Shown here: positions 45,023 to 55,400 of the stretch, piece by piece
How the letters are laid out: each line of letters starts with the position of its first letter
How positions within the stretch are numbered: the first letter of the stretch is position 1
From: a virus
IMG/VR virus record: IMGVR_UViG_3300007504_000003
Location: 1-64,000 of that record
Length of the DNA stretch: 64,000 nucleotides
Strand: one strand, 5' to 3'
Program-made: the position numbers and the translations under genes
Notes under the pieces: model-generated
The model's input: only the letters and a program-made list of their open reading frames with translations
What the model was told of the DNA's origin: nothing
Databases searched by the model: none

Positions 45023-47211
45023 TGAGTGTTGATAAGCATTTCCCGGATGACGTCCTCCTTGGCTCTGAGGATCCCATTCTTGACCTGGACGTAGATCCGG
45101 GTCAGATGAGCAACCTCTCCGCCGCCCTCTGGGGCGAGGACCCGGAGACGCCCCTGGAGGCGTCGCCTGGGATGTTCCAAGATGACAGCGGGGTCGCGGA
45201 TCTCGGGCGTCTGATGGAGAGTTCTGTTCAGGATTTGTCCTGGTTGAAAATCTCCGAGCAGGACGCTGAGCGTCTCCCTGAGAACACGGAGACCGGGACG
45301 GTCATCCCTGAGCTGGAAGAAGCGTGGGGCCAGCATGTGCAGGCTGACGCTCGTTATCCTGCCCTGGACCGGGAGAAGATTGCTTACGAGCGGAGTCAGG
45401 ACCGGCCCGTTCCCGAGAAGCACAAGTCGGCCTCGGACCTCCGGTGGGTGGTTCAGAGGGCGATGCGGCGATCGGCTCGGGGAGAGCCCCTCCAGGCTCT
45501 CCTTCAGGAGGCCCGTCAGGCGGCTGGTCGCAGTGCTCCTCGGGTCGCGAAAGCTCTCGCATGGGTCAAGGAAGATCATGGGCTCGCCGGTCGGGTCTTC
45601 CTTCGGGCTGAAGCGTACCCGGGTTGTGCCAAGGGCAAGTGGAAGTCCGAGCTACCGAAGATTGGACGGGGTGCCCGCTATCTGGTGAGCAAGCAGGGTT
45701 GCGGTGGTTGTGTCCACAACCGCGGTGGGTCTTGTTCCGTCTTTGCTCGGAAGCTTGTGGCGACGGTTCCCTGGGAAGAGGCTCAGGAAATCTATCAGCC
45801 ATTGCTTGAGGCCACGGGTCGGCAGGTAGCTGCCGACGCTACGCCTCGGCTCGCTCTGAAGATGGCATTTACGGCTCCCCAGGCCGACGTGAGAGCCGCG
45901 GGGGACCATCTCCCGACCCATACGGCACCTAGCCAGCGAGTCACGGCTGAGGAGGCTGTCAGGGCCTTCCAAGAGACTCCTCGGGAGCCTGCCCGAGCGT
46001 TGGACAACCGGGAAGCGGAGCTGTCCGTTGTCCGCCGGAAGGCCCAGCTCAAGATCGCAGGGTGGGTCAAGTCCGGGCTGTTGACTCGGGAGGCGGGATC
46101 TCAGATTGTCCGATCGGACCTCTCTCCCGGAGAGATGCTCCGTCGGGCAGCGACGCAGATTACCCGCCCCCTCCCTCCTGAGGCGTACTCCGGAGTCTCG
46201 AATGATGTGCGGCCTACACCGGCTAGCCCTGAACATGCCCGGGAAGCGATGGCGGAGGCCGCCAAGACCCCGGGCCCGGCTCCCGTGGATATCTCTCACC
46301 GAGAGCCAGCGGCTCGTCGGAAGCAGGCCCACCGTCAGCTCCTCGCGTGGCATCGGAAGGAGTGGTTGACCCGGGAAGACTGCCGGCGTCTGGTTCAATC
46401 CCAGGCGGATCCCCGCCTTGTCTTGAAGGCAGCGGCGACCTTGATCACTCGTCAGACCGGGTCGAACCCCTACACAGGTCAGCCCAACGAGAGGACGATC
46501 AAGCTGGCGACTCCGGAGCAGGTCTGGGCCTCGCTCAAGAAGGCGGCGGAAGGTCGTAAGGAGGTCCAGTCTCAGGTGGATGCTACCGTAGCCGTCCGGG
46601 AGCATCAGGCGACTCGGGAGTATCGCCTGAGTCAGGATCTCCAGCGACGAGCTGATCTGGTTCGTAACGCCATGCGACGGGGTCTGAAGGGCAAGGCCCT
46701 TCGGAACCATATCGCTCGGGTTGTTCCGAGGGAGCACGCCAAGGAAATCCTCGGCAGCCTGGGGCCAGATCTGCAAGCTGCTCTACAGTCGGCCCCGCCG
46801 AAGCGCCGGTCGTATGACGGAGTCCGCTATGAGGCGGCTCCCGGGGCGGGTAAGAAGGCCAAGGTAGCGAGTGCTCGGGAGGTCCGCGATTGCGTTCAGT
46901 GGACCCGCCGGCAGCTTCACTATGGGCTCTACGGGACTCGCCTCAAGCAAGGTCTACGGTCTCGGTTCGCCGCTCATGTCATCGGGGCGGCGATGCCTGC
47001 CCTCCGTGATCTGATTCAGGCTGAAGGTATCAAGGCTCGACAGAAGGCAGCGAAGAAGAAGGCTGAGCTGGAAGTGGTCCTTTCAGGGCCGGGATATGAC
47101 CCTGATGAATTCAAGTTGGGTCGCGAGGCAGAGTTGGAGCACATCAACTTCAACCAGTCTGAAGACCACGATCCCATTCAGGACATTCAGTTCGGTGGGA
47201 TGCTCTGGTGA
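45022..47211 (+). CDS. Large hypothetical protein with internal repeat and Cys motif
   Basis: GCGGCVHNRGGSC and two LTRE..AAT.ITR..Y.G repeats. Confidence 0.7.
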   Translation: MSVDKHFPDDVLLGSEDPILDLDVDPGQMSNLSAALWGEDPETPLEASPGMFQDDSGVADLGRLMESSVQDLSWLKISEQDAERLPENTETGTVIPELEEAWGQHVQADARYPALDREKIAYERSQDRPVPEKHKSASDLRWVVQRAMRRSARGEPLQALLQEARQAAGRSAPRVAKALAWVKEDHGLAGRVFLRAEAYPGCAKGKWKSELPKIGRGARYLVSKQGCGGCVHNRGGSCSVFARKLVATVPWEEAQEIYQPLLEATGRQVAADATPRLALKMAFTAPQADVRAAGDHLPTHTAPSQRVTAEEAVRAFQETPREPARALDNREAELSVVRRKAQLKIAGWVKSGLLTREAGSQIVRSDLSPGEMLRRAATQITRPLPPEAYSGVSNDVRPTPASPEHAREAMAEAAKTPGPAPVDISHREPAARRKQAHRQLLAWHRKEWLTREDCRRLVQSQADPRLVLKAAATLITRQTGSNPYTGQPNERTIKLATPEQVWASLKKAAEGRKEVQSQVDATVAVREHQATREYRLSQDLQRRADLVRNAMRRGLKGKALRNHIARVVPREHAKEILGSLGPDLQAALQSAPPKRRSYDGVRYEAAPGAGKKAKVASAREVRDCVQWTRRQLHYGLYGTRLKQGLRSRFAAHVIGAAMPALRDLIQAEGIKARQKAAKKKAELEVVLSGPGYDPDEFKLGREAELEHINFNQSEDHDPIQDIQFGGMLW

Positions 47212-47272
47212 AGTAACGGAGCAAACTCCAATAGATTCCCTATGGAAAACGGGGGATCAGGAGTGCTCGCTC

Positions 47273-47842
47273 ATGAAGCTCGTCACTGGTCAGAAGCCCT
47301 TTACCATCCTGGTCGCCAATCTCAGGCAGGGGTCGGACCCGAGCCGCGGGTCCGTTGGGAACCCGGAGAAGGTGCGGACAGGGTTCACGATTCAGCATCT
47401 ACCCCAGGTCAGCCGTGGAGGGGATGGTCTCGCGAGGTCCAATCGCGGGACCACACCGGGGGTCACCACACAGCAGGGCCTCCTGTCTGGTGACCCTGCT
47501 GGAGCTACCGCGACGATTACCGTGGACGACAATGATTTCACGGACAAGGCGTTCTTGTTCATCGGCCCTTATGTCCTCACCTCGGGTGAGGATTTCACGG
47601 TTGGGGGGAGCACGGGAGCGACGGCGACGGCAATCGCTACTGCGATCGGAGCCCTCCCAGGAATCACGGCGAGCCCCTCAGGTTCAGATGTGAACATCAC
47701 AGTTCGGGGAGGTCCCGCGGGGGACCGGGTACGGTTTGATGTTCTCTTCGCCGGGTCAGTGACCAACTACACCCTGGCTCCTGCGAATGGCTACTGCTCG
47801 GGAGGCTCGCCGTCTCTCGGGGCCCCAACCCTTCTGCCCTGA
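47273..47842 (+). CDS. Putative structural protein (Gly/Thr/Ala-rich)
   Basis: ATG 47273 after AGGAG. Confidence 0.6.
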   Translation: MKLVTGQKPFTILVANLRQGSDPSRGSVGNPEKVRTGFTIQHLPQVSRGGDGLARSNRGTTPGVTTQQGLLSGDPAGATATITVDDNDFTDKAFLFIGPYVLTSGEDFTVGGSTGATATAIATAIGALPGITASPSGSDVNITVRGGPAGDRVRFDVLFAGSVTNYTLAPANGYCSGGSPSLGAPTLLP

Positions 47843-47851
47843 AGGTAATTG

Positions 47852-48502
47852 ATGCCGAACCCTTCCCTGAACCAGATTCTTGCTAACCTGCCCGCAGGGA
47901 CTCAACGGGTGCAGGTGGTAGACGCCTCTGGGAAGACGAAGTGGAGGGCTCCAGATCAGGTCCGGAAGTCGGACGTGATTGCGATGAAAGGAGGAGCCCC
48001 CGTAGTCATGCGCGGTGCTCCTGGCCGCCCCGCTCGGGTGGAGTTGCCCCCCGCCTCGGACGAGGTCGGAGAGGTATGTCGGCAGAAGAAGGAGGCGATT
48101 CGGGATGACGATCTGCGGGGCAAATTGGCCCGGGACCCCAACCAGGATGTGCTCCCGGTAATCATGCAGGGGATCGCGGAAGAGGCCGCGAGTCTGAAGT
48201 TTGAGCGAGAGGAAGCAGAGCGGCAGGGGGAGCAGACCGCGATGATCTCTTCCCGGCGAGTCCGAGCCCTTACAGCTCTCGGGGATGCCTGGGTCAAGAG
48301 GATGGAGAGGACGGCGACAATCGATCTGGAGGGGGACCAGTTCAAGCTCCTCTTCCGATTCGTTTTGGAGACTTTCCGCGCGGTTTTGGAGGACTCCGGG
48401 GTTCGCCCCGAGCTGGTGGAGACCATCTTCACGAGGATGGGTGAGAAGCTCGACGACGCTTGGAAGGCCGAAGCCCGAGCTAAGATGCGAGGGAAGTCGT
48501 GA
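47852..48502 (+). CDS. Helical protein immediately upstream of terL; candidate terminase small subunit
   Basis: Position and GTGA coupling to terL; function inferred from synteny only. Confidence 0.4.
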   Translation: MPNPSLNQILANLPAGTQRVQVVDASGKTKWRAPDQVRKSDVIAMKGGAPVVMRGAPGRPARVELPPASDEVGEVCRQKKEAIRDDDLRGKLARDPNQDVLPVIMQGIAEEAASLKFEREEAERQGEQTAMISSRRVRALTALGDAWVKRMERTATIDLEGDQFKLLFRFVLETFRAVLEDSGVRPELVETIFTRMGEKLDDAWKAEARAKMRGKS

Positions 48503-51500
48503 GCCTCGCAGATCTCGCGAGGAATGTCGGGAGGACCACGACCACTCAGGGTCGTGAGGTCGCTGATATCATCACGTTCATCGAGGCTCCCTGGGGCCTC
48601 GACTTCAAGCTGTTCCCCGTTCAGCGGGTCATCCTCAAGGTCCACTACGGACTCGCTCTGGACGATAACGAGTTCGACTATCCGCTAGACGCCCCGGTCC
48701 CGGAAGACCACCCCCATTATGACCCGGAGGTGTTGGACCACGACGGGTACTACAAGCATCGACTCGTCATCTCGGACTGGCAGAGGAAGAACTACCAATA
48801 TCTGACGGAGGCGGGATATCTCCGCTACCTCCACGATGACGGTAGGTGCAATGTCCGAGAGGTCGTCCCCGGGCATGAACGTAGGGAGATGATCCTAAGT
48901 GTCGGAAGACGCTCAGGAAAGTGCTTGAAAGCCGGGTCTCTGGTCCTGACCTCAAAGGGAGTTCTTCCAATCGAGTCTTTGGGAGATCCCGAAGGCCCTG
49001 AACACCAACCCTGTCGGATTACAGTAGCTCAAGAGGGCAGGCAGACCACGGCAGAGTCAGCGTACTTCTATAACGGTGGTGTTCGTGAAATCCGAGACCT
49101 GAAGACCTACTGTGGATTCAGGCTTGGAGGCACACCCAACCATCGCATCAAAGTAATGAGCCCGGAAGGCTTTGTCGTCTGGAAGTACCTGGGGGATGTT
49201 GAAGAGGGCGATTTCGTTGCGATTCATCGAGGGACAAACCTGTGGCCGCAGGAGTATCTCGATGTTTCCCCCTACTGGTCTGACCTGGGTAGGAAAGACC
49301 TGTCTCTCCCGACACATCTGACTGAGGAATGGGGGCTTTTGCTTGGGGCTCTTGTGGGGGATGGCTCTTGGACTCGGGACCGGGTGGTTGAGCTGACAGT
49401 GGCTTGCCCAGAGTTTCGGGTCGAGATGAAGGCCCTGTGGACAAGGCTGTTCGGGGGGTTCAAGGAACAGGGTGTTGGGCACTCCCCGAAGACGACCAGA
49501 ATTCAGTTTCATAGCTTGGGGGCTCGACAGTTCCTCCACGACCTCGGGTGGGTCTACGACGCAGATCGTCGCTCCAAGATGGTCCCCTGGTCTGTCATGC
49601 AGTCTACGGCTCCTGTCGTTCGGGCTTTCCTCCGAGGTCTATTTGAGACTGATGGCGGGATGGAGTCCAACGGGAAGGTGGTCTCTTTCTGCTCCGCCAG
49701 CGAGCGTCTTGCCCATGAGGTTCAGACCCTCTTGCTGAACCTGGGGATCGTGAGTCGAATCCGGGCCAAGTGGAATAAGACCTATGAGCGGAACTATTAC
49801 ATCCTCATTGTCCGAGGGCTCCGGCATAGGCAGATGTTTGCGGAGCGAGTGGGATTCGTATCCCGACGCAAGATGGAGCCTCTCTGGGCGGGTCTGAAGT
49901 CTTCCAGTCGAGAGGGTGGGAATTCGGAGTCCATTCCATACCTCCGTGAATGGGGCTCAAAGCTGTTAGCCTCAGTCCCGACCAGTAAGCCGGGACAAGG
50001 GTGGTCGCGGTCTGACCTGCGGGGGGTGATGGGGAACACCATCAAGCCCAGCTCGACAGAGCAGATGACCTATCCGCGTCTGGAGAAGACGTTGGCAGAA
50101 GCTCGGCGGCTGGGGGCTGACCAGGAAATCGTCCAACACCTCCAGGAGATTTACGACCTCGACTATTTTTTCGACCCTGTGGTCTCGGTTGAGCAGGGTG
50201 AGGAAGCGGTCTACGACCTAAATGTCCCTCAGGGGTCCATGTTCGTTGCCAATGGGATGACGAACCACAACACGACAATATCTGCCTGCATCGCAGCTTA
50301 TGAGACCTACAAGCTGCTTTTGAAGGGGGACCCTCACCGGTACTACGGGCTGCCTCACTCCAACGTCATCCAGCTTATCAGCGTCGCGACGGATAAGGAT
50401 CAGGCGGGGCTCTTGTACCGTGAGGTCGCCGGGCACTTCAAGTCCTGTGACTTTTTCTCGCCGTACATGGCGAACAACACCATGTCATACGCGAACTTCC
50501 AGACGCCGTATGATATCGACCAGTATGGGAGCTACGCGGACGATCCCAAGGCCCGCTCCAGCATCAAGATCACGTTCCGCTCTTGCGTGGCGAAGGGGCT
50601 GCGAGGAGCAGGTAATATCCTGGTCATTCTGGATGAGGTGGCTCACTTCACGGACGCGGGCCAGTCCGGCGCGGACGAAGTCTATCAGGCGGTGACCCCC
50701 TCTACTTCTGCTTACTCCCCGAAGGACCCGGCGGATAAGCGGCTCCCGATTGGAGAGGTGGAAGGTCGGATTATTCTGATCAGCTCTCCTCTCGGTAAGA
50801 CCGGGCTGTTCTATGATCAGTACACCCTGGGGTTCCAGCCTGGACCCTCGGAGAACATGATCTGCGTTCAGGCTCCCACCTGGGAGGTGAACCCGACAAT
50901 CCCGGCTCATGAGTTTGAGAAGCACTACCTGAAGGACGTCCGGGTCTTCTTCACGGAGTACGGGGCGGTCTTCAGTGACCGGACACGAGGCTGGATTGAG
51001 AACGAGGACGACCTTCTTGCCTGCATAGACCCCGCCCGCAGGCCCAGGTTCCGAGGTCGGAGCCGGTTCCCGCATTACCTGGGCTTCGACTTCGCGATGG
51101 TGGGCGACGCCTCCGCTGTCGCTATCGGCCATGTCGAAGATCGAAACGTCGTCGTGGATTTTGTGGACTCGATCCAGGCAGGAGAGGGTCAATACGCGGA
51201 CGTGGATCGTCTTCGGATGGAGTGGGTCGCGGATTGGTTGAAGGATCTGAGTCAGCGGTTCTACCTCGTCAACGGGATGTTTGACCAGTGGGCTGGGCTC
51301 CCGTTGGAGCAAGCTCTGGAAGACCGGGGCCTGACTCAAATCAGGGCGGAGCACTTCACGGCTCCGTTGTCCTCTCGGATCTACCGCAACTTCTACAACA
51401 TGATGCAGGAGCGGAGGGTTGTCCTCTATGACTGGCCTCGCCCCGTAGATGAGCATGGGATTGAGCAGCACTGCCCTTATATCGCGGAGATGCTGACTCT

Positions 51501-51828
51501 CCAGGCGGAGCATAAGAGCAAGTATGTCACGGTGGTAGAGGCTCCTCCTGGGCGGGACAACCACGATGACCTCTCGGATGCTGTGGTTCGGATGGTGTGG
51601 CTGGCCTCTCAGTCCATCGGAGAAGGTCGGCATCTCGCGACGGGGGGTGGCCCACGTCCAGGTTCGTTGAACAGGCACCCGAATCCCGGATCCCTGTCCC
51701 GAGCACGCCGTAAGGCTCTCCTGGGTGGGAGTTCCCTGAAGCGTATGGATCCCCGTAAGGCGAGGGCGGGGGGGATGAGTCCATATCGGGGGCTGGTGAT
51801 GGTCTCCCACAAGAAAAAGAAGAGGTGA
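48499..51828 (+). CDS. terL: Terminase large subunit with intein
   Basis: Walker A GRRSGK|T split by the intein, ILDEVAHF, IILISSP, nuclease motifs GFDFA and HDDLSDAV. Confidence 0.92.
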   Translation: MSLADLARNVGRTTTTQGREVADIITFIEAPWGLDFKLFPVQRVILKVHYGLALDDNEFDYPLDAPVPEDHPHYDPEVLDHDGYYKHRLVISDWQRKNYQYLTEAGYLRYLHDDGRCNVREVVPGHERREMILSVGRRSGKCLKAGSLVLTSKGVLPIESLGDPEGPEHQPCRITVAQEGRQTTAESAYFYNGGVREIRDLKTYCGFRLGGTPNHRIKVMSPEGFVVWKYLGDVEEGDFVAIHRGTNLWPQEYLDVSPYWSDLGRKDLSLPTHLTEEWGLLLGALVGDGSWTRDRVVELTVACPEFRVEMKALWTRLFGGFKEQGVGHSPKTTRIQFHSLGARQFLHDLGWVYDADRRSKMVPWSVMQSTAPVVRAFLRGLFETDGGMESNGKVVSFCSASERLAHEVQTLLLNLGIVSRIRAKWNKTYERNYYILIVRGLRHRQMFAERVGFVSRRKMEPLWAGLKSSSREGGNSESIPYLREWGSKLLASVPTSKPGQGWSRSDLRGVMGNTIKPSSTEQMTYPRLEKTLAEARRLGADQEIVQHLQEIYDLDYFFDPVVSVEQGEEAVYDLNVPQGSMFVANGMTNHNTTISACIAAYETYKLLLKGDPHRYYGLPHSNVIQLISVATDKDQAGLLYREVAGHFKSCDFFSPYMANNTMSYANFQTPYDIDQYGSYADDPKARSSIKITFRSCVAKGLRGAGNILVILDEVAHFTDAGQSGADEVYQAVTPSTSAYSPKDPADKRLPIGEVEGRIILISSPLGKTGLFYDQYTLGFQPGPSENMICVQAPTWEVNPTIPAHEFEKHYLKDVRVFFTEYGAVFSDRTRGWIENEDDLLACIDPARRPRFRGRSRFPHYLGFDFAMVGDASAVAIGHVEDRNVVVDFVDSIQAGEGQYADVDRLRMEWVADWLKDLSQRFYLVNGMFDQWAGLPLEQALEDRGLTQIRAEHFTAPLSSRIYRNFYNMMQERRVVLYDWPRPVDEHGIEQHCPYIAEMLTLQAEHKSKYVTVVEAPPGRDNHDDLSDAVVRMVWLASQSIGEGRHLATGGGPRPGSLNRHPNPGSLSRARRKALLGGSSLKRMDPRKARAGGMSPYRGLVMVSHKKKKR
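48922..50271 (+). mobile_element. Intein in the TerL Walker A motif (450 aa, LAGLIDADG)
   Basis: CLKAGSLV...ANGMTNHN|T; motifs GALVGDG and GLFETDG. Confidence 0.92.
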
Positions 51829-51833
51829 GGTAG

Positions 51834-52091
51834 ATGCCTGTCCGAACCCCTACCTCGCCCCTGTCTGCTCACCATCGTTTGATGGTGACGATGGTGAAGA
51901 CCAGTCACCGGAAGGCGAAGGTCAGCCCCACGCCGGAAGCCTTGGATAGGGTCTCTCGTGTCTTTCAACGAGCAGGGGGCTCCTGGGAGAGGCTGTACCT
52001 TGGAAGTTCAGAGGACATGACTCTCCTGAAGCGAACACTGAAAGTGGCGGTAAAGTCAGGCGTCTTTACGAAATCACCCTCTTGGTCCTGA
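51834..52091 (+). CDS. Small hypothetical protein
   Basis: GAGGT SD-like sequence; lies between terL and portal. Confidence 0.55.
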   Translation: MPVRTPTSPLSAHHRLMVTMVKTSHRKAKVSPTPEALDRVSRVFQRAGGSWERLYLGSSEDMTLLKRTLKVAVKSGVFTKSPSWS

Positions 52092-52102
52092 ATTGGTGGT
52101 CG

Positions 52103-52426
52103 ATGCCAACACGAAGCCACGCCCGCAATGCCCCGAATGAGCGAGAGAAGCGTCTTCTTGTTCATCTGGTGCGTGCTCAGAGAGAGCTGGACTCCGCTCT
52201 GAGGCTTTGTCGGGAGGCTGCTCGTCGCGATGAAAATCCCGAGCGGAAGAAGGCTTATCGGAGAATGTCCGTGAACCTGATGCGTCTACACAGGCAGGTC
52301 AGTGAGATTCAAGGGACTCATCGGATTCAGGATCCGGTGTCCCCGGCGACCCCTCCCCTGAGTCGGGATGCGTTTTCGAGTCTGGTCCGTGGGGTTCAGG
52401 CAGACCTTGGGGTGACTGATGGCTGA
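52103..52426 (+). CDS. Hypothetical helical protein
   Basis: Overlaps the portal start. Confidence 0.5.
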   Translation: MPTRSHARNAPNEREKRLLVHLVRAQRELDSALRLCREAARRDENPERKKAYRRMSVNLMRLHRQVSEIQGTHRIQDPVSPATPPLSRDAFSSLVRGVQADLGVTDG

Positions 52427-55400
52427 TGAACCTACGACAGGCTCGGGGTCTCCCCCGGGTAAGCCGCCACGTCGTCTCGCGTCGATGGGTCCGGATCTGT
52501 CTGAGCAGGAGGGAGTCCCGGTGAGTCGAGTGAAAGATCGGAGCAAGGTCCGAGTCGGCAAGCCGAAGAGGCTCGTCCGGGCTTCCTCGATGCGAATGGG
52601 CTACAGCAGCTCAGGGCTCGGGTCGGCCAGCACTGTGGATGCGGCTCACGGGAACTACTACCACCCGGAGCTGAGCACCGATTTTCTGGAGCTGCCCCAG
52701 AGTCAGCAGGAGCAGTGGAACTTTTATCGGCACTTCTACCGGTCTCATCCCTTCGTGGGGCAGGCGCTTGATCTCCATACGGAGTTGCCTCTGTCGAAGG
52801 TCCGGATCTCGCCTCCTAAGGCGAGGAACCGGGATTTGGCGATGGCGGCTTCGCGGTTCTGTACTCGCTGGGCACAACGAATCAAGCTGCTCTCTCGTCT
52901 CAGGGAAATCGTCCACGAGTATCACCTGTTGGGCGTGGTGAACATCTACGCAGAGGATACCTCTCCGGATATGCCGGATGAGGTGCGGTTCCGTTCGGAC
53001 ACGTACCTGGAAGAGACTCCAGATGGAGAACCGCTCCTCAGGACAGAGCGACGGCTCCGGGAGGACGCCAACGAGCGTGCCGTTGCGTGGTTGAAAAAGA
53101 ACTACAAGGGGTGGACAGCCCTGCGGGTTCTTCCACCTGAGCAGGTGGATGTAGAGAGCTTCCCTTTCACTGATGAGAAGCTGTTTAGTCTCCGCCCAGA
53201 CAAGCGGACTTTGACCCTGGTTGACCGGGCTCGTGGGGGGGATCGTCGAGCACGTCGGGTGTTGGAGTCCATGCCTGTGGAGGTGGTCAAGGCTCTACAG
53301 GATGGGGAGGCTATCCCTCTCAACACGGATCCGGACGCCGGCTCCTTCATCTACCACATGGAGCGAAAGCGGTCGCAGTACGAGAACCGCCCCCACAGCA
53401 TGTTGGAGCGGTGCATCCTCCCAGGCACCCCCATCACGGTTCTTCGGAACAACACCATACTTGAAGTACCTGTCGAGCTGGTCAACGTCGAGACCGATCT
53501 CCTGCTCACGCATACCGGAGCCTTTCATAAGGCTGAAGCAGGCTCCCGCCCTGTAGCGGAGGACATTACTGTTCTTTGGCTCGATGGCGAAGACCGTCCC
53601 CTATGCCTCACCTCAGACCACCCGCTCCTCCGTCTTGACGACGACAGTTCTGAGAAGTGGGTTTACGCCGGGAATCTCAAGGAAGGTGACACCCTCCGAG
53701 AAGCCCACCCGGTCCCTACTTCAGGACACCCTGAAGTCATCGATCTCGCTGCTTGGTGGGAGAATAAGGGCTCGCTTCAGGTTGAGCGTCGAGTTCGGGA
53801 CAACCAGCAAGGTCTGGTTGTTGACACCACCCGTGAAGTTCGGGTAGCCGAAGTCATGGCGGATGAGGAGGGCCTTACGGTCCACTTTGAGCATGACCAG
53901 GACGATGTAGGACGTGTCAGAACCGTCGAGAACGACCGGCGACTTACTCGTTGGCTCAAGTCCCTCAAAGAATCAAAGACGGCGTCCTCGACGGCTGTGG
54001 CCGCCGTTACGGGGCTCACCAAGTCCGAGGTCCAGAACGCTGTCCGTCGTTTCGAGAGAGATGTGCCTGCCTTCCATCGGACAGTCGAGGGGCGAAAGGT
54101 CACTTGGTACCCTCTCCCGGAGACTGCCACCTCCCCAGGCTCAGTCGTCACCAGAACAGAAACCAGCTCTATTCACCAGATCCCGCTCACCCCCGATTTC
54201 ATGTACCTCCTGGGTACATGGTTCGGAGATGGTTGGGCTTGGAAGGCAAAGGGCAAGTTCCTCAACACAGTTTGCCTTGCTTGGTCTATCGATAAGAACG
54301 CCGACAAGCTCCGGTCTCGAATCCGAGACCACCTGGAGACCTTCTTCGGGGCAGATTCCGTGGTCGAGGGCAACCTGTTCTCTGGTTCCGGCTCCTCTAC
54401 AGAGAATCTCCGGGTTGAAGATTCCTTGTTGGCTCGGTGGTTTTACGAGGAGTTCGGAGGATCGGCTCAGACCAAGACAGCCCCCAAGTGGGTGTTCGAC
54501 CTTCCTGAGCAGCACATCTTGTCCTTCCTCCAGGGTCTTCTGGACACCGATGGTTTCTGTCGAGCAGGCCGGGTCTCGACTGCTCTGGTTCAACTGGACA
54601 ACGAGACTCTCATCCGTCAGGTCCATCTGCTATGCAGCCGAGTCGGGATCAAAACACAAGTGAGACCTGTTCGCCGGGAAGCCCGCAGTTGGACACGCAC
54701 CTGGGTGACGACGGAAGGGGTTCAGGAGAAGACTTACGACTACGAGCCTAAGACCTTCTGGCAGGTGTCCTGCACCCGACATGAGGATGTTCTCAAGTGG
54801 GTCTCCGGGACCATCAAGGGTGCCGAGGTCAACTGGCCGGAGAGGAACCACTCCTGGGGGAGCCCGTTCCAAGACGGGTGGCTGACCCGGAAGGTCAGGA
54901 AGGTCGAGACCGTCTGGTACGAAGGGCTTGTCCACTCTTTTGACGTTGAAGTAGATTCGAGCCTTGTTGCTCTAAGTGTCTGTATTCACAACTGTATTCG
55001 GACGCTCGTCCACCAGGATAAGTTGCGACAGGCAAATGCTTCTATCGCCTCTCGGCATATGACTCCGGTGAGGATCGTCTGGGCGGAGGATATGGACGCC
55101 GCGGACACGGAGGCTCTTCGCGATCAGGTCGATATGGCTCTCGCGGATCCAGATTTCTCCATCGTGGCGAACTTTGAAATTCGCTGGGAGGAGATGGGGG
55201 GAGGACAGGGGAACCGACTCCTTGAGACCTCCCAAGAGTATGACCGGGCGGATCGGGAGCTGTACGCCGGCCTCAGTGTCACCGAGTCTCTTCTGACAGG
55301 AGAGTCAACCTACTCCGCCGACAGGACGAGCCTGGAGGTTATCAACACCCGATACATGTTCCTTCGGGAGTTCCTTCAGGACTTCGTTCAGGACTGCCTA

